Sequence record: MH791411.1 | Length of the DNA stretch: 64,000 bases | Strand: one strand, 5' to 3' | Shown here: piece by piece, positions 48,616 through 58,445 of the stretch | Numbering within the stretch: position 1 is the first letter of the stretch | How the letters are laid out: every line of letters starts with the position of its first letter | Notes under the pieces: generated by a model | Told to the model about the DNA's origin: nothing | What the model saw: only the letters and a program-made list of their open reading frames with translations | Databases searched by the model: none | Position numbers and translations under genes: made by a program

Positions 48616-49342
48616 CTTTTTCTTTACGTAAGTATCTCATCCCACCACTTTGGGGAGTTGCAAGAGTCAAATCACCAGTTAAGAACTGACTATCAATCCA
48701 GATACGATTACCATAAATGAGTGGGTCGGATACTGCGGTATGACCACTAAAGACGCAATGGATACCATCAAGTCTAGGGACGTAATATGTGTTATTTTTC
48801 TTGCAGTAGTCGAATGTATCACGGTCCCACAAGCACTTCTCAATTATATCAGCACTAAGTGATTTTGTCCCACTAACGAAACGTTCCCATGTGGTATATT
48901 CCAAAGGAACACCAGCATGAACCAGTCCAATCTTCAATCCTCGGTGATTGATTTGGATAATCATAGGGAGATCCTTTAAGTACTGACGGAAGAACTGTAT
49001 ACCTGTCTCACCAACTTCATCAATGAACTTATCTCCACCATTTTGTACCCAACAGTGATGCCAGTCACGGTGAGTTTCAGAATCAACGCACATGATCTCG
49101 TGGTTACCAGCAATCATAAAACGGTTTTCACCGAAAAGGAATTCAAACAGTAGTTTGGAATTCTGGTCACCACGGTCAATAACATCACCTACACAAAAAA
49201 CATAGTCATTATTGGTGATACCAAATTCTTTCTTGGTAGCATCCCACAGTTTTCCATTGCCGTGTAAATCACCAACGATATATAAATCTTTATCATCCGG
49301 TACTGTAACTTCCAAAAAATGTTTCATTATTGTTCCAACCAT
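48584..49342 (-). CDS. Ser/Thr protein phosphatase (NinI/PphA-like)
   Basis: VGDLHG, VGDVIDRG, GNHE, HAG, SGHT. Confidence 0.9.
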   Translation of the reverse strand: MVGTIMKHFLEVTVPDDKDLYIVGDLHGNGKLWDATKKEFGITNNDYVFCVGDVIDRGDQNSKLLFEFLFGENRFMIAGNHEIMCVDSETHRDWHHCWVQNGGDKFIDEVGETGIQFFRQYLKDLPMIIQINHRGLKIGLVHAGVPLEYTTWERFVSGTKSLSADIIEKCLWDRDTFDYCKKNNTYYVPRLDGIHCVFSGHTAVSDPLIYGNRIWIDSQFLTGDLTLATPQSGGMRYLRKEKDEYSFNRFKR

Positions 49343-49656
49343 ATAATGTTAGTGTGTTTTGTAACTTGTGTACCTGCAAAAGAACCATCTTTAAGATACG
49401 TATTAACTTTGAAACGCCATTCACCACCGCTAATATACATATCAGCGATAATGTACTTCCCATAACCCCTTGAGTTTATCAAACGTACTTCTTGTCCAAT
49501 ATACTTCGGCTTCAAATCATTAATAAAATCATCAGCCAAAGACATAAGATATCGCAAATGTGAATAGTCGGTGTTGAACATTATTTCTTTCTCTTGAAGT
49601 GGGATATGATATCTTTTGTTATTGAGATAAAAAGATACACCATAGTTACAGGCCAA
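49327..49656 (-). CDS. hypothetical protein
   Basis: real start probably MFNTDY. Confidence 0.6.
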   Translation of the reverse strand: MACNYGVSFYLNNKRYHIPLQEKEIMFNTDYSHLRYLMSLADDFINDLKPKYIGQEVRLINSRGYGKYIIADMYISGGEWRFKVNTYLKDGSFAGTQVTKHTNIIWLEQ

Positions 49657-49796
49657 ATTATAGCCATTAGTGCTGCTGATTGTAGACTCATTGCAGTTAT
49701 GATTTCATCTTTGAAACATTTCCAATTCAGTACTAGAAAGTTACATATAAATGAGCAAAACGCAACAAATCCATATATTGCAAAAAAGGTAGTCAT
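49581..49796 (-). CDS. small membrane protein
   Basis: two TM, IIWP motif. Confidence 0.7.
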   Translation of the reverse strand: MTTFFAIYGFVAFCSFICNFLVLNWKCFKDEIITAMSLQSAALMAIIWPVTMVYLFISITKDIISHFKRKK

Positions 49797-49798
49797 TA

Positions 49799-50131
49799 TT
49801 ATTCCTCATCAACTTGAATAAGATATTCTAAACTTATTTCATCACCAAAGGCAGCGGCATCAATTGCATCGTGATTGATGTATTCTACTTGTGCAATTAA
49901 ACGTATACCGTATTTTAGAATTTCAATAATTCTCATTCTTGTATTGGAATTTATGTACTGGTAGTATGATTCATACTCTGGATCATCGTCCATTTCCGCA
50001 TATCGGTTGATGTACTCGTCAGTAAATTTTACTATCTTACCGACGAGTTCTGTTTCTGCACTTTTATAGAAATCATCTTTCATTTGATGCAACGCAATCA
50101 AGTACTGATTATATTGTGCAAGATGTTTCAT
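49799..50131 (-). CDS. hypothetical protein
   Basis: 110 aa ORF. Confidence 0.7.
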   Translation of the reverse strand: MKHLAQYNQYLIALHQMKDDFYKSAETELVGKIVKFTDEYINRYAEMDDDPEYESYYQYINSNTRMRIIEILKYGIRLIAQVEYINHDAIDAAAFGDEISLEYLIQVDEE

Positions 50132-50133
50132 TG

Positions 50134-50730
50134 TTAATCACAGCTACCGGAACTTGAACTAGAGCTTGAATCACAGCTAGAGCTATCATATGAACCAGTA
50201 TCAGCAGAAGAGATATATGGCGTTACGATTGCTGCGGTGGTGGCTGCTGTAATAATATGGGAAGTATGGTCGTGTGTACCTTGTTGTGGTTCATCTTGGA
50301 CTTTGTTTTTATTCTTCCCTTTAGTATAGCGAGCTTTCTTTGTAGTTTTGGTGTTCTTTGGTGCTTTAGTACTTTTCGGTGCTGCTTTAGGCTTTACTTC
50401 ATTAACTACAGGAACAACAGTAACATTAACTTTAGGGTCAGATTCATCAAGTGCATTGTGAACATTCACTTGCATTTGAACTTCAACTTTAAGTTCTTCT
50501 TGTTCTTCAGGAATAACTTTTTCAGGTTCTGGTGTAACCTGATCACGTTTATCATTAATCATGAAGTTGATATTACGTTCACCTAGCACTAATAAAGTAA
50601 CGATGGTGAGTACTGGGGTTAGTACTAGACTAAGTAGTACATAGCCGATAACACTACGATTGTAATTGTATGCAAGCATACCTGCAATAACTACACCAAG
50701 TACACTAATAACTGCTGCGATTGTTAACAT
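50134..50730 (-). CDS. membrane protein with Ser-rich low-complexity tail
   Basis: two N-terminal TM; SSCDSSSSSSSGSCD end. Confidence 0.75.
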   Translation of the reverse strand: MLTIAAVISVLGVVIAGMLAYNYNRSVIGYVLLSLVLTPVLTIVTLLVLGERNINFMINDKRDQVTPEPEKVIPEEQEELKVEVQMQVNVHNALDESDPKVNVTVVPVVNEVKPKAAPKSTKAPKNTKTTKKARYTKGKNKNKVQDEPQQGTHDHTSHIITAATTAAIVTPYISSADTGSYDSSSCDSSSSSSSGSCD

Positions 50731-51034
50731 ATTCTACTCCTTTGTATATAAATTTACCAATATCTTCGATGTATAAACAGATTCCACCTCGATCATTTAA
50801 CACAAGCCAATCACCAAAACCACAACTGATGTTGCATATATTAAATTCTTCAATACCATCCGGTGAATACGCAATGAATGGACATATTTCATCTGATATA
50901 CCATTTACATAGTTATTACATATTAAATCAAATATATGTGAACTATAAGAATTATCAGTACTGAAAATGTGCATTAATGAACTAGATAGAATTACTATTG
51001 TTTTTTCCCACATTTTTAAAAAATCGTTATTCAC
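50705..51034 (-). CDS. hypothetical protein
   Basis: 109 aa ORF. Confidence 0.55.
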   Translation of the reverse strand: MNNDFLKMWEKTIVILSSSLMHIFSTDNSYSSHIFDLICNNYVNGISDEICPFIAYSPDGIEEFNICNISCGFGDWLVLNDRGGICLYIEDIGKFIYKGVEYVNNRSSY

Positions 51035-51091
51035 AACAACTACTCCATGTCAGTGTTGTAATGAAATTATATCACCGAATCAAGATATGTC

Positions 51092-51397
51092 TCATGAGAT
51101 TCGCATTTCATCCAGATATAAACTACATGCTTCGAAATTGTTGTCAGCACTTAAACCTAAATCAACCATCAGACCACAATGCGTTCCACAGAATTTCTTT
51201 ATGTATAGTTTCTTATTGTTTGTACCTAAGTCGTATACATATTCATTTTCGAAAATAGTTTTTAAATCATTACAAATACTTTTTACTATCTTCATTACAT
51301 CATTATGATACTCATATGGTATTCCATCTAGTTCATCAATGATAATAGCAAAACCATTGTCATAGTACTTTAGTTTATTGAATGTTTGTATATCCAT
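51092..51397 (-). CDS. hypothetical protein
   Basis: 101 aa ORF. Confidence 0.65.
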   Translation of the reverse strand: MDIQTFNKLKYYDNGFAIIIDELDGIPYEYHNDVMKIVKSICNDLKTIFENEYVYDLGTNNKKLYIKKFCGTHCGLMVDLGLSADNNFEACSLYLDEMRIS

Positions 51398-51694
51398 TTA
51401 ATATATAATCTCACTTACTTCTATGGTGTAGACACCATCATCAGTCATTAATCTAACTGCAACTTTAATATTACTAGACATTCGTGTAACTATCAATCCA
51501 ATAATTATACCATTCTTTAAAGTACCATTATGGTATCTAACTTTTACTTCAGTTTTATTATCAATTAAGTATCTTCTAATTATGTGTATTTCCGTTCTAA
51601 ACAGTTCTAAATAAACTTCACTATACTCCTTATCAGAACCATCAGCACAGCTATACAATAAATGTACCTGTTCTAACAAAAGTTTTAAATTCAT
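51398..51694 (-). CDS. hypothetical protein (about 90-100 aa paralog family)
   Basis: helical N-terminus plus short beta-rich C-terminus like 58442-60581 genes. Confidence 0.65.
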   Translation of the reverse strand: MNLKLLLEQVHLLYSCADGSDKEYSEVYLELFRTEIHIIRRYLIDNKTEVKVRYHNGTLKNGIIIGLIVTRMSSNIKVAVRLMTDDGVYTIEVSEIIY

Positions 51695-52050
51695 AAGAAC
51701 CTCACAGATTTAATATTACTTGTTACATGTTTAAACACAGTGTTATCGAACTTGTAAACAATTGTATTAAGTGATTTATGAAAATTAACCTCGCACACTA
51801 ATGCCTTGGAACCATTGATTGTACAGACCGTGGATGGTAAGTTGTTTGCTAATATCTCTTTTTCATCTAAACATAGTGAACTAATACAATCATAATAGAG
51901 AGGTTCAAGAACTTTTTCAGTACTAAGAAAATCGAAAGCAAGATCATCTATTTGTTTTATGTAATTGAATAAATTTTGATAGTACTCATTCATGGTCGAT
52001 CCTCTTGAATTTAGCATTATTCGAATAAGTATATGAATGTCCAAAATCAT
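51691..52050 (-). CDS. hypothetical protein
   Basis: ORF in packed run. Confidence 0.6.
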   Translation of the reverse strand: MILDIHILIRIMLNSRGSTMNEYYQNLFNYIKQIDDLAFDFLSTEKVLEPLYYDCISSLCLDEKEILANNLPSTVCTINGSKALVCEVNFHKSLNTIVYKFDNTVFKHVTSNIKSVRFL

Positions 52051-52240
52051 TTACACCATGCACATTCAATACACCGTCAATGAAATAGATTCGGTCGATT
52101 GTTAGTTCACGTTTATAATCCGAATCATCATACCAGCACAGAACACGAATACCTTTATACTTTGTAGTTAGCTCTTTTTCTAATGTAACTAAGTACTCGA
52201 TATAACTTTTGAATAGCTCTAAGTCCTGCTCAAACATCAT
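51986..52240 (-). CDS. hypothetical protein
   Basis: 84 aa ORF. Confidence 0.65.
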   Translation of the reverse strand: MMFEQDLELFKSYIEYLVTLEKELTTKYKGIRVLCWYDDSDYKRELTIDRIYFIDGVLNVHGVNDFGHSYTYSNNAKFKRIDHE

Positions 52241-52497
52241 TGTTCCTCGTATAATTCCATGTCATCAACTCCAACTTGGCGAATTGCAGTACTTCTTTTA
52301 AATGTACCTTTTTCATATAAACATACAGTTAAACGTATTTCACACTTCAATGCACTGTAATAAATCATATCAATAACACCATATGTTTCATACATTTCTA
52401 AGTATACATTTCGTCCTAAGTACTTTTCTTCTAAATCAGTAATTAGACTATTGATAAGATTACCTATCTGTGATATATCTGTGTGAAATTTATCCAT
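52237..52497 (-). CDS. hypothetical protein
   Basis: 86 aa ORF. Confidence 0.65.
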   Translation of the reverse strand: MDKFHTDISQIGNLINSLITDLEEKYLGRNVYLEMYETYGVIDMIYYSALKCEIRLTVCLYEKGTFKRSTAIRQVGVDDMELYEEQ

Positions 52498-52742
52498 TAC
52501 AATAATCCTCTCACATAAAACATTGATGAAAATAGATAATCTTCAGTACTAGAATTTAGTAGTTTATCAAAACTATATTTTTTATGCTTATTTTTATACA
52601 AAGACATTCTATAGAATCTTTCTATATTTTCTAAGTATTCATTTCGTAATAACATCTGTGTTGTTACATTCACTATAATGTACCTTAAAAGAAAAAGGGA
52701 CCAATATATGATCCCTTTTGTATTAGAAATTACCTTCAGCAA
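52497..52742 (-). CDS. hypothetical protein
   Basis: ORF; start uncertain. Confidence 0.45.
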   Translation of the reverse strand: MLKVISNTKGIIYWSLFLLRYIIVNVTTQMLLRNEYLENIERFYRMSLYKNKHKKYSFDKLLNSSTEDYLFSSMFYVRGLL

Positions 52743-53655
52743 CTTGCATTACTTTCAACCCAAGTAGCTTACGCCACATGAATACAACTTGTGATCTATC
52801 ATCATAAACCTTTTTAACATCGTAATGATCAACCACATTTTTCATGTACAGGTCGAATTTTACAACATCATCAGGACGTTTGTCATCGATGCCTCGCATA
52901 AACAACGCATCATAAGGAACACCCCAATTCTTAAGCCACTGTTCGGTATCAGCACGACACCCTTCAGTACGCCCACTCATGACGATAATCTTGCGTTTAT
53001 GAAAAACTGCTTCAGCGATAACAGATAAAATAACTTCTTCGTCTGGTGTATCCTGGAGTACAGTACTTTCATCGAACGGGTTACGTCCCCATTTATGAGC
53101 AAGAGTACCGTCGATATCAACGATAATAGCAGCTTCTCGTGAATTACCATAGTAACCAATGTGTAATGCCTTACTATAATAGTACGTATCTGCCATAGTG
53201 TCAATGATATTATCTTGTACTGAACGCTCACGCTGGAGGTTATATTTCTTACAAAGTTTTACGAACTCTTTAATCTTAAAGAATTCATGAACATCTGCAC
53301 CACGGTCTTCATTAGGTACAAAATCATCATAGAAGTTCTTTTCTTTGTAATCATAACCATTATCTATAGCCCATACTTTCCATAGATTACGGAAATGTTG
53401 TTTAAGGTTCGTATCGGATATGATGATGTTCCAACCATTCTCTGCTGCTGAATTTGCTGCACTGAACTGTAAATTAGTTACGTACTGCTCATTAGCATCG
53501 TTGAATTTGTAAGCATCATGTGACCCAGCCATAGATTCACGAATATCATCACGGTTGATGTTGATAGTCTTGGATTTGGCTTTTTTAATCTCTTGCACTG
53601 CCCATGTAGTTTTACCACACCCAGGCAATCCAACTGTTAGTGTGATAGTTGGCAT
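52723..53655 (-). CDS. pseT: polynucleotide 5'-kinase / 3'-phosphatase
   Basis: VGLPGCGKTT P-loop, NRDDIR, DIDGTLA HAD motif, SGR, DDR-QVV-MWR. Confidence 0.95.
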   Translation of the reverse strand: MPTITLTVGLPGCGKTTWAVQEIKKAKSKTININRDDIRESMAGSHDAYKFNDANEQYVTNLQFSAANSAAENGWNIIISDTNLKQHFRNLWKVWAIDNGYDYKEKNFYDDFVPNEDRGADVHEFFKIKEFVKLCKKYNLQRERSVQDNIIDTMADTYYYSKALHIGYYGNSREAAIIVDIDGTLAHKWGRNPFDESTVLQDTPDEEVILSVIAEAVFHKRKIIVMSGRTEGCRADTEQWLKNWGVPYDALFMRGIDDKRPDDVVKFDLYMKNVVDHYDVKKVYDDRSQVVFMWRKLLGLKVMQVAEGNF

Positions 53656-53658
53656 CCA

Positions 53659-53988
53659 TTAATCCTCTAAAAATTTAACATGCTCTATATTATGATAGGT
53701 GAGCCATTCCTGTGGTGTTCCCTTGCGTATTAAAACACCAATATACGCAATACCATTAATTAGACCATTACTATCAGTATTCACATCAACTTTCACAATC
53801 TCGGAATCGTACCAGTGTTTGAATGTGTAATCCCAACATCTGACTTTCTTTCCAATAAGATTGCTCTTGTATTTGTCAATCATTTCATCGACGATAGTTT
53901 GTACTGAATTTTTAATTTCAGCTTCTACTGACTTTATATATAGTAAATTACTTTGTGCATTGTTTATCATTGTATTTCCCAATCCCAA
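53659..53988 (-). CDS. hypothetical protein
   Basis: ORF in packed run. Confidence 0.65.
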   Translation of the reverse strand: MGLGNTMINNAQSNLLYIKSVEAEIKNSVQTIVDEMIDKYKSNLIGKKVRCWDYTFKHWYDSEIVKVDVNTDSNGLINGIAYIGVLIRKGTPQEWLTYHNIEHVKFLED

Positions 53989-54184
53989 ATCGCTTGGAGA
54001 TTTTCACAAGTACAGATTCATCACAACGAATACTAGCAGTATCATTGGATGAACTGTACTTTAATGGGGTCCACTGTAATTGAGATTCTTCTAGGAACTT
54101 GATACATCTGAAATAATCTTTCAAGGAAAGAAATTTAACTACTGACATATCCTGAACAATACTATGCTGAACTTCAACTTTCAT
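53948..54184 (-). CDS. hypothetical protein
   Basis: 78 aa ORF with GGAG RBS. Confidence 0.65.
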   Translation of the reverse strand: MKVEVQHSIVQDMSVVKFLSLKDYFRCIKFLEESQLQWTPLKYSSSNDTASIRCDESVLVKISKRFGIGKYNDKQCTK

Positions 54185-54193
54185 ATGAACTCC

Positions 54194-54451
54194 TTATAGT
54201 GGGTCGAATTTATTTTCACGTTTTGATGTATAGCGAGTTACATCATGTATTCTCGGCTTAACACCTTTTGGTTTCCTTTTCTTCTTGTATTCAGTACTAC
54301 TACACCCGAAAGTATTCTCGATTCGTTTCTTACTAATCTTCACACCTTTCTTAGAGCGTTTGTGCTGTAATTCATCGATTTCTTCTTGTATTTTCCTGAA
54401 TTCTGTCGGAGAAAGGGAACCGTCATTTTTATACTTAGGTTTAGCCATCAC
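54194..54451 (-). CDS. small basic protein
   Basis: 85 aa Lys-rich ORF with GGAG RBS. Confidence 0.7.
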   Translation of the reverse strand: MMAKPKYKNDGSLSPTEFRKIQEEIDELQHKRSKKGVKISKKRIENTFGCSSTEYKKKRKPKGVKPRIHDVTRYTSKRENKFDPL

Positions 54452-54477
54452 TTCTCCTTGTGCTAGGCTAGATAGTA

Positions 54478-55620
54478 CTAAAAATCCTTTAGTACAATTT
54501 TCATGTACTTAATAAGAGTCTCTTTGTAATCGACTTTCTTATTGTTGTACATTGCAAAGGCCAAGCCCTGACGATTCAGTTCATTAGTTAAACACTCCTG
54601 AACCTTCTTAGCGAATTCCTTTCGCTCCAAGTGCTTGTGTTCCTTGACGAAGCTTTCAACTTCATCTTGTAAAGCATTATAGCACGAAAAGACTAGTTGT
54701 TCCATTCTTAATATCTTTTGGGTAGCATATTCGTCAGTACTGAACAACTGTTTTAAATCATCACTCGAACCATTTAATACAGCTTCATATAAATGGGAAT
54801 CGAATATAATACTGTCTTTCGTTAAATGCAAAGAACAATACCAGTCGGTTTTGATTTTGCACATTGTACCATTATTTAGGATGCACACAAAACCTTCAAT
54901 GTCAAGCATTTTCTTAACTTCTTCAACACTTTCTTTGAATGTAGCACGAACAGGGAAAGTGTAATGAATATCTTTACCTGTCATGTTAGTACTGTACTGT
55001 GCAAGGCATGGAAACTTGTTACGTAATGCAGAACCACATAATAGTTCACCACTCTTGCGATGGCGAACGTTTAGTACAAATATTTGTTCAACCTGGTATG
55101 GTAATACAATACGGTACTCTGGACTTGTATACTCCAGATTAACAGTATAGCCCAAACGGTCTGCTTCGTCAATGTATTGATACAAATTTTGGTTCTCATT
55201 GAGAAGACGAGTACTGTTAATCGCATGGTCTGAATACAATGCAGTATGTGATTTACAACGAATTACACCATCATTATCACGGTAAGTACTGATTACTGAA
55301 CCATCCAACTTAGGCATCACTACTGCAATGTCATCGAATGTGGTATCAGCAGGGAACATTGTAGCAGGATTTTCGTAAGCATTGAAGAACTTTTTCATAG
55401 TACGAGCAGCACAACGAATCATATCACCGTCTTCATCAATTTCCCACATAGAACCACGGGTTTCTAATGCATTGGGTTGCATGAAATCGGTATATGATGC
55501 TAGACGATAACTGAATACACGATATGTTCCACCAGCAGGACTTTTATGATCCACATAAAAGAAAGCCTCACGAGTATTACATAAGTGCATTAAATCTTCA
55601 TATATTTGTAAAAGGGTCAT
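54478..55620 (-). CDS. rnlA: RNA ligase 1 (T4 RnlA-like)
   Basis: FSYRLASY, ETRG, KFFN, PKLDGS motif I, NLEY, EGFV, KIKTDWY--LH. Confidence 0.93.
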   Translation of the reverse strand: MTLLQIYEDLMHLCNTREAFFYVDHKSPAGGTYRVFSYRLASYTDFMQPNALETRGSMWEIDEDGDMIRCAARTMKKFFNAYENPATMFPADTTFDDIAVVMPKLDGSVISTYRDNDGVIRCKSHTALYSDHAINSTRLLNENQNLYQYIDEADRLGYTVNLEYTSPEYRIVLPYQVEQIFVLNVRHRKSGELLCGSALRNKFPCLAQYSTNMTGKDIHYTFPVRATFKESVEEVKKMLDIEGFVCILNNGTMCKIKTDWYCSLHLTKDSIIFDSHLYEAVLNGSSDDLKQLFSTDEYATQKILRMEQLVFSCYNALQDEVESFVKEHKHLERKEFAKKVQECLTNELNRQGLAFAMYNNKKVDYKETLIKYMKIVLKDF

Positions 55621-55925
55621 TTTATTACCTCTATATCTACATCTGTGCCATAGTAGGAAACGTAACCATTATCTGAATTACATTGAATTGATAACTCTGA
55701 TTCATAGTATGTTACTTTGATCACTGTTAGAACTTTTTCATCAATTTTTCCCGTTAAATAATCCATTTCACGAACACGAACTTTGGTTCCTTTTGGGAGT
55801 TCTTGTGCAATTTTATTAACAAGTTCAAAAGCAGCTTCTTCAAGTGTGTGCAACAATTGCAATCTATCTTGGATATTCATATTATTTCCACCAAGTTGTA
55901 TCACGACCACCAGACAAAGATTCAT
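55617..55925 (-). CDS. hypothetical protein
   Basis: real start probably MNIQD after GGAA/GGTGG. Confidence 0.65.
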   Translation of the reverse strand: MNLCLVVVIQLGGNNMNIQDRLQLLHTLEEAAFELVNKIAQELPKGTKVRVREMDYLTGKIDEKVLTVIKVTYYESELSIQCNSDNGYVSYYGTDVDIEVIK

Positions 55926-56571
55926 TGTACTGATGCCTGAAATTAGTATTTGGATTATTTGTCATTGTACTAATAAAATCAAATTTAACATTCTCTTGAA
56001 TGTAATTAATAACATTATCTTTAAATTTAATAGTACTGAAATCTAAATCCAAATGTTCATACAATACCGGATGACAAAACTCATGTGTACGCAACGATGG
56101 CATGGTATCCTTAATGTATTGCACAGTGTTAATCATTGCATTGTATTCAGGCATAGCACGCATCATCATTAGCTGAAAGTGTTCTTCCTCTGACATTGAC
56201 TCATCCAAATCAATAACGACTTCATCATTTTTAGAGTCATATACTTTAATGGAACTCTTGGTTGGATCAAGCATAGCCCACTCTGGATACAGGCATGTTT
56301 TCCAAAAAGGATTATTGCACTGAAACATACTAATTAGATTTTGATTTTTATCAAAAATAGCAAACCCAAGATCCGAACTTGGCTGTACTTCACATACACA
56401 AATATCATAAGGGGAGTCTTCAGTACTGAATGAACCAACTACATTTGATATATGTGAATATGGAGTTTCTCTTGATTTTAATTCAAAGGCTCTCTCCATA
56501 CGATTAACCTGTGGTTGTAATGTAATTACACCCCTCAGTACATATAAAATTCTATCTAAATCTTTAATCAA
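55882..56571 (-). CDS. hypothetical protein (EE-FQ paralog family)
   Basis: DESMSEEEHFQLMM motif. Confidence 0.7.
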   Translation of the reverse strand: MIKDLDRILYVLRGVITLQPQVNRMERAFELKSRETPYSHISNVVGSFSTEDSPYDICVCEVQPSSDLGFAIFDKNQNLISMFQCNNPFWKTCLYPEWAMLDPTKSSIKVYDSKNDEVVIDLDESMSEEEHFQLMMMRAMPEYNAMINTVQYIKDTMPSLRTHEFCHPVLYEHLDLDFSTIKFKDNVINYIQENVKFDFISTMTNNPNTNFRHQYNESLSGGRDTTWWK

Positions 56572-56575
56572 AATT

Positions 56576-56875
56576 CTATCCTCTTAGTTTAATAGTACTG
56601 GCTGGATAATCTACCATAGTACTATCTGGTAATCCTATACAGTAATAAGGAAAATATCCCATCATATTAATACCAATTAACATTCCTGTTTTATATGAAG
56701 TATTAATTTCATAGTGGTCGTCTATATCAACCGCCAGTCCATATAAGGATATGTTACAATCCTTGATGTATCGTTCAAAGATTTTATACATTGATGGGTA
56801 TACAGTTCCATTGGATTCTCTCACTACATCAGCCAACAACTTTATAGTACTGTTAATTAAATCTATACTAATCAT
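56576..56875 (-). CDS. hypothetical protein
   Basis: 99 aa ORF. Confidence 0.65.
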   Translation of the reverse strand: MISIDLINSTIKLLADVVRESNGTVYPSMYKIFERYIKDCNISLYGLAVDIDDHYEINTSYKTGMLIGINMMGYFPYYCIGLPDSTMVDYPASTIKLRG

Positions 56876-56919
56876 CTTTGTACCTGCGAAAAAAGACCAG
56901 CAAACGCTGGCCTAAAAAT

Positions 56920-57201
56920 TTAAATTATTTCATATAGACAATATACACCATCAACGCCATCACAAGGAAAATCAACATAGAAATTCACACTAACAGTATC
57001 ATAATCAATCTCAGTGATGCGTCCGGTTTTACCTACACTCTTCACGAATAGGTCAGAGCCAAGATATACAAACTCAAACTCATCTGCATACTCTTTTATA
57101 ATATCAGCAAAATCACAACCATATCTGGGATCAGTATTAATAATCTCAAGATATAATGTAATGTATTGTTCGTATGACCATGTGTGTAGGTAAAAATCCA
57201 T
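56920..57201 (-). CDS. hypothetical protein
   Basis: 93 aa ORF. Confidence 0.65.
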   Translation of the reverse strand: MDFYLHTWSYEQYITLYLEIINTDPRYGCDFADIIKEYADEFEFVYLGSDLFVKSVGKTGRITEIDYDTVSVNFYVDFPCDGVDGVYCLYEII

Positions 57202-57210
57202 AACAGTTCC

Positions 57211-57948
57211 TTAGAAATATACCATACCCATCAATTCTGAATCTTCAGGGCGAGTATAGCCTTGTTTCTTAACTTTAAAGTAGAAGGATTCATTGTCTTC
57301 TAAATTATAACGTTTCTTCAAGCAACGGGTATATGTCTGGCAATTAGGATGAACCCATTCATATATATGAACACCATCTTCATTATAACCATTTATACTA
57401 CAACGGTTGCCTTCATGTTTCTTGTAGTTCTTGCTTTTCTCGGTAAATTCTTTTACAGCAGTAGTACTTGGTGATTTATATTCAAAAGGAACTTCAGTCA
57501 TACGGAAATAATAATATTGATCGTCTTCATCATATCCCAAGAGCACTGTGTTAGTTTCACGTACATTGTAATGATTCTTACTTTTCAATTCATTTTCATA
57601 TATATCTTGAAGTACTTCTGCAAATACTGTAGTACTGTCAGCATTTGGGTTGGATACACCTGATACTCTTCGTTCAATAATAAAATCAGTATATTTGCGG
57701 TCTTCTGCAATGTCTTCATTCATATAAAGACTAACGAACTTATCCTTGTACGTCTTTACACTGTATTGTTTACTTTGAACTTCGCTATATACATCTGCTA
57801 ACATATTCTCCTGACCGCACTGCACACCACTTACAGAATAAGCACATGCATGTTCAGCCATCACTGATGTTAACATTTGAAAATTTGCCATGTTTAATTC
57901 ATTCGCCATCTCTGTAGCGAAACGGATACGGTCAAGCACTTTACACAC
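57211..57948 (-). CDS. hypothetical protein
   Basis: 245 aa ORF with GGAG RBS and promoter motif upstream. Confidence 0.75.
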   Translation of the reverse strand: MCKVLDRIRFATEMANELNMANFQMLTSVMAEHACAYSVSGVQCGQENMLADVYSEVQSKQYSVKTYKDKFVSLYMNEDIAEDRKYTDFIIERRVSGVSNPNADSTTVFAEVLQDIYENELKSKNHYNVRETNTVLLGYDEDDQYYYFRMTEVPFEYKSPSTTAVKEFTEKSKNYKKHEGNRCSINGYNEDGVHIYEWVHPNCQTYTRCLKKRYNLEDNESFYFKVKKQGYTRPEDSELMGMVYF

Positions 57949-57979
57949 TCCTTGTGTTAGTTATTGTTCCTCATCCAAT

Positions 57980-58007
57980 ATTATATCACTACTTGAGCTA
58001 TTGTCCC
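57980..58007 (-). promoter_or_regulatory. putative phage promoter GGGACA-N16-TATAAT
   Basis: GGGACAatagctcaagtagTGATATAAT. Confidence 0.7.
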
Positions 58008-58300
58008 GCTTTGTAACAATAAAGATTCTCAAATTTAAAGTTCTCTATATCACATTCCTCACGAACTCGGTTCTTGTTCCAGAACAGAATACGAATCCTT
58101 TCATAATCACGATAAACACTAATAATACTTTTGTGTTTAGATTTGTAGTACTGCTGTATAACCTGAAGAGTTATATCCCTCAACTTGGACTTAATTGGGT
58201 AAGACAAATCATTACTAGTTGTTATGGCATAAACCATCTTCATTGTTTCAGCAACAAGTACTTCATTCGATTTATTTGCCATTAAAATCCTTACAAACAC
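57998..58300 (-). CDS. hypothetical protein
   Basis: real start probably MANKSN. Confidence 0.65.
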   Translation of the reverse strand: MFVRILMANKSNEVLVAETMKMVYAITTSNDLSYPIKSKLRDITLQVIQQYYKSKHKSIISVYRDYERIRILFWNKNRVREECDIENFKFENLYCYKAGQ

Positions 58301-58445
58301 TATGTAAAGTAAATCCTAAACCAACACCTACGAATGGGAATAGTAAATTAATGTACCAGACATTCATTGTCGAAAGGAAACAAATCCCACTTACTGTCAG
58401 TACTGCTAGTGAGAAAAGACTCCAGATAAAAAATAATGCTCTCAT
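58272..58445 (-). CDS. 57-aa membrane peptide
   Basis: MRALFFIWSLFSLAVLTVSGICFLSTMNVWYINLLFPFVGVGLGFTLHSVCKDFNGK; coupled to upstream stop; not in ORF track. Confidence 0.6.
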   Translation of the reverse strand: MRALFFIWSLFSLAVLTVSGICFLSTMNVWYINLLFPFVGVGLGFTLHSVCKDFNGK

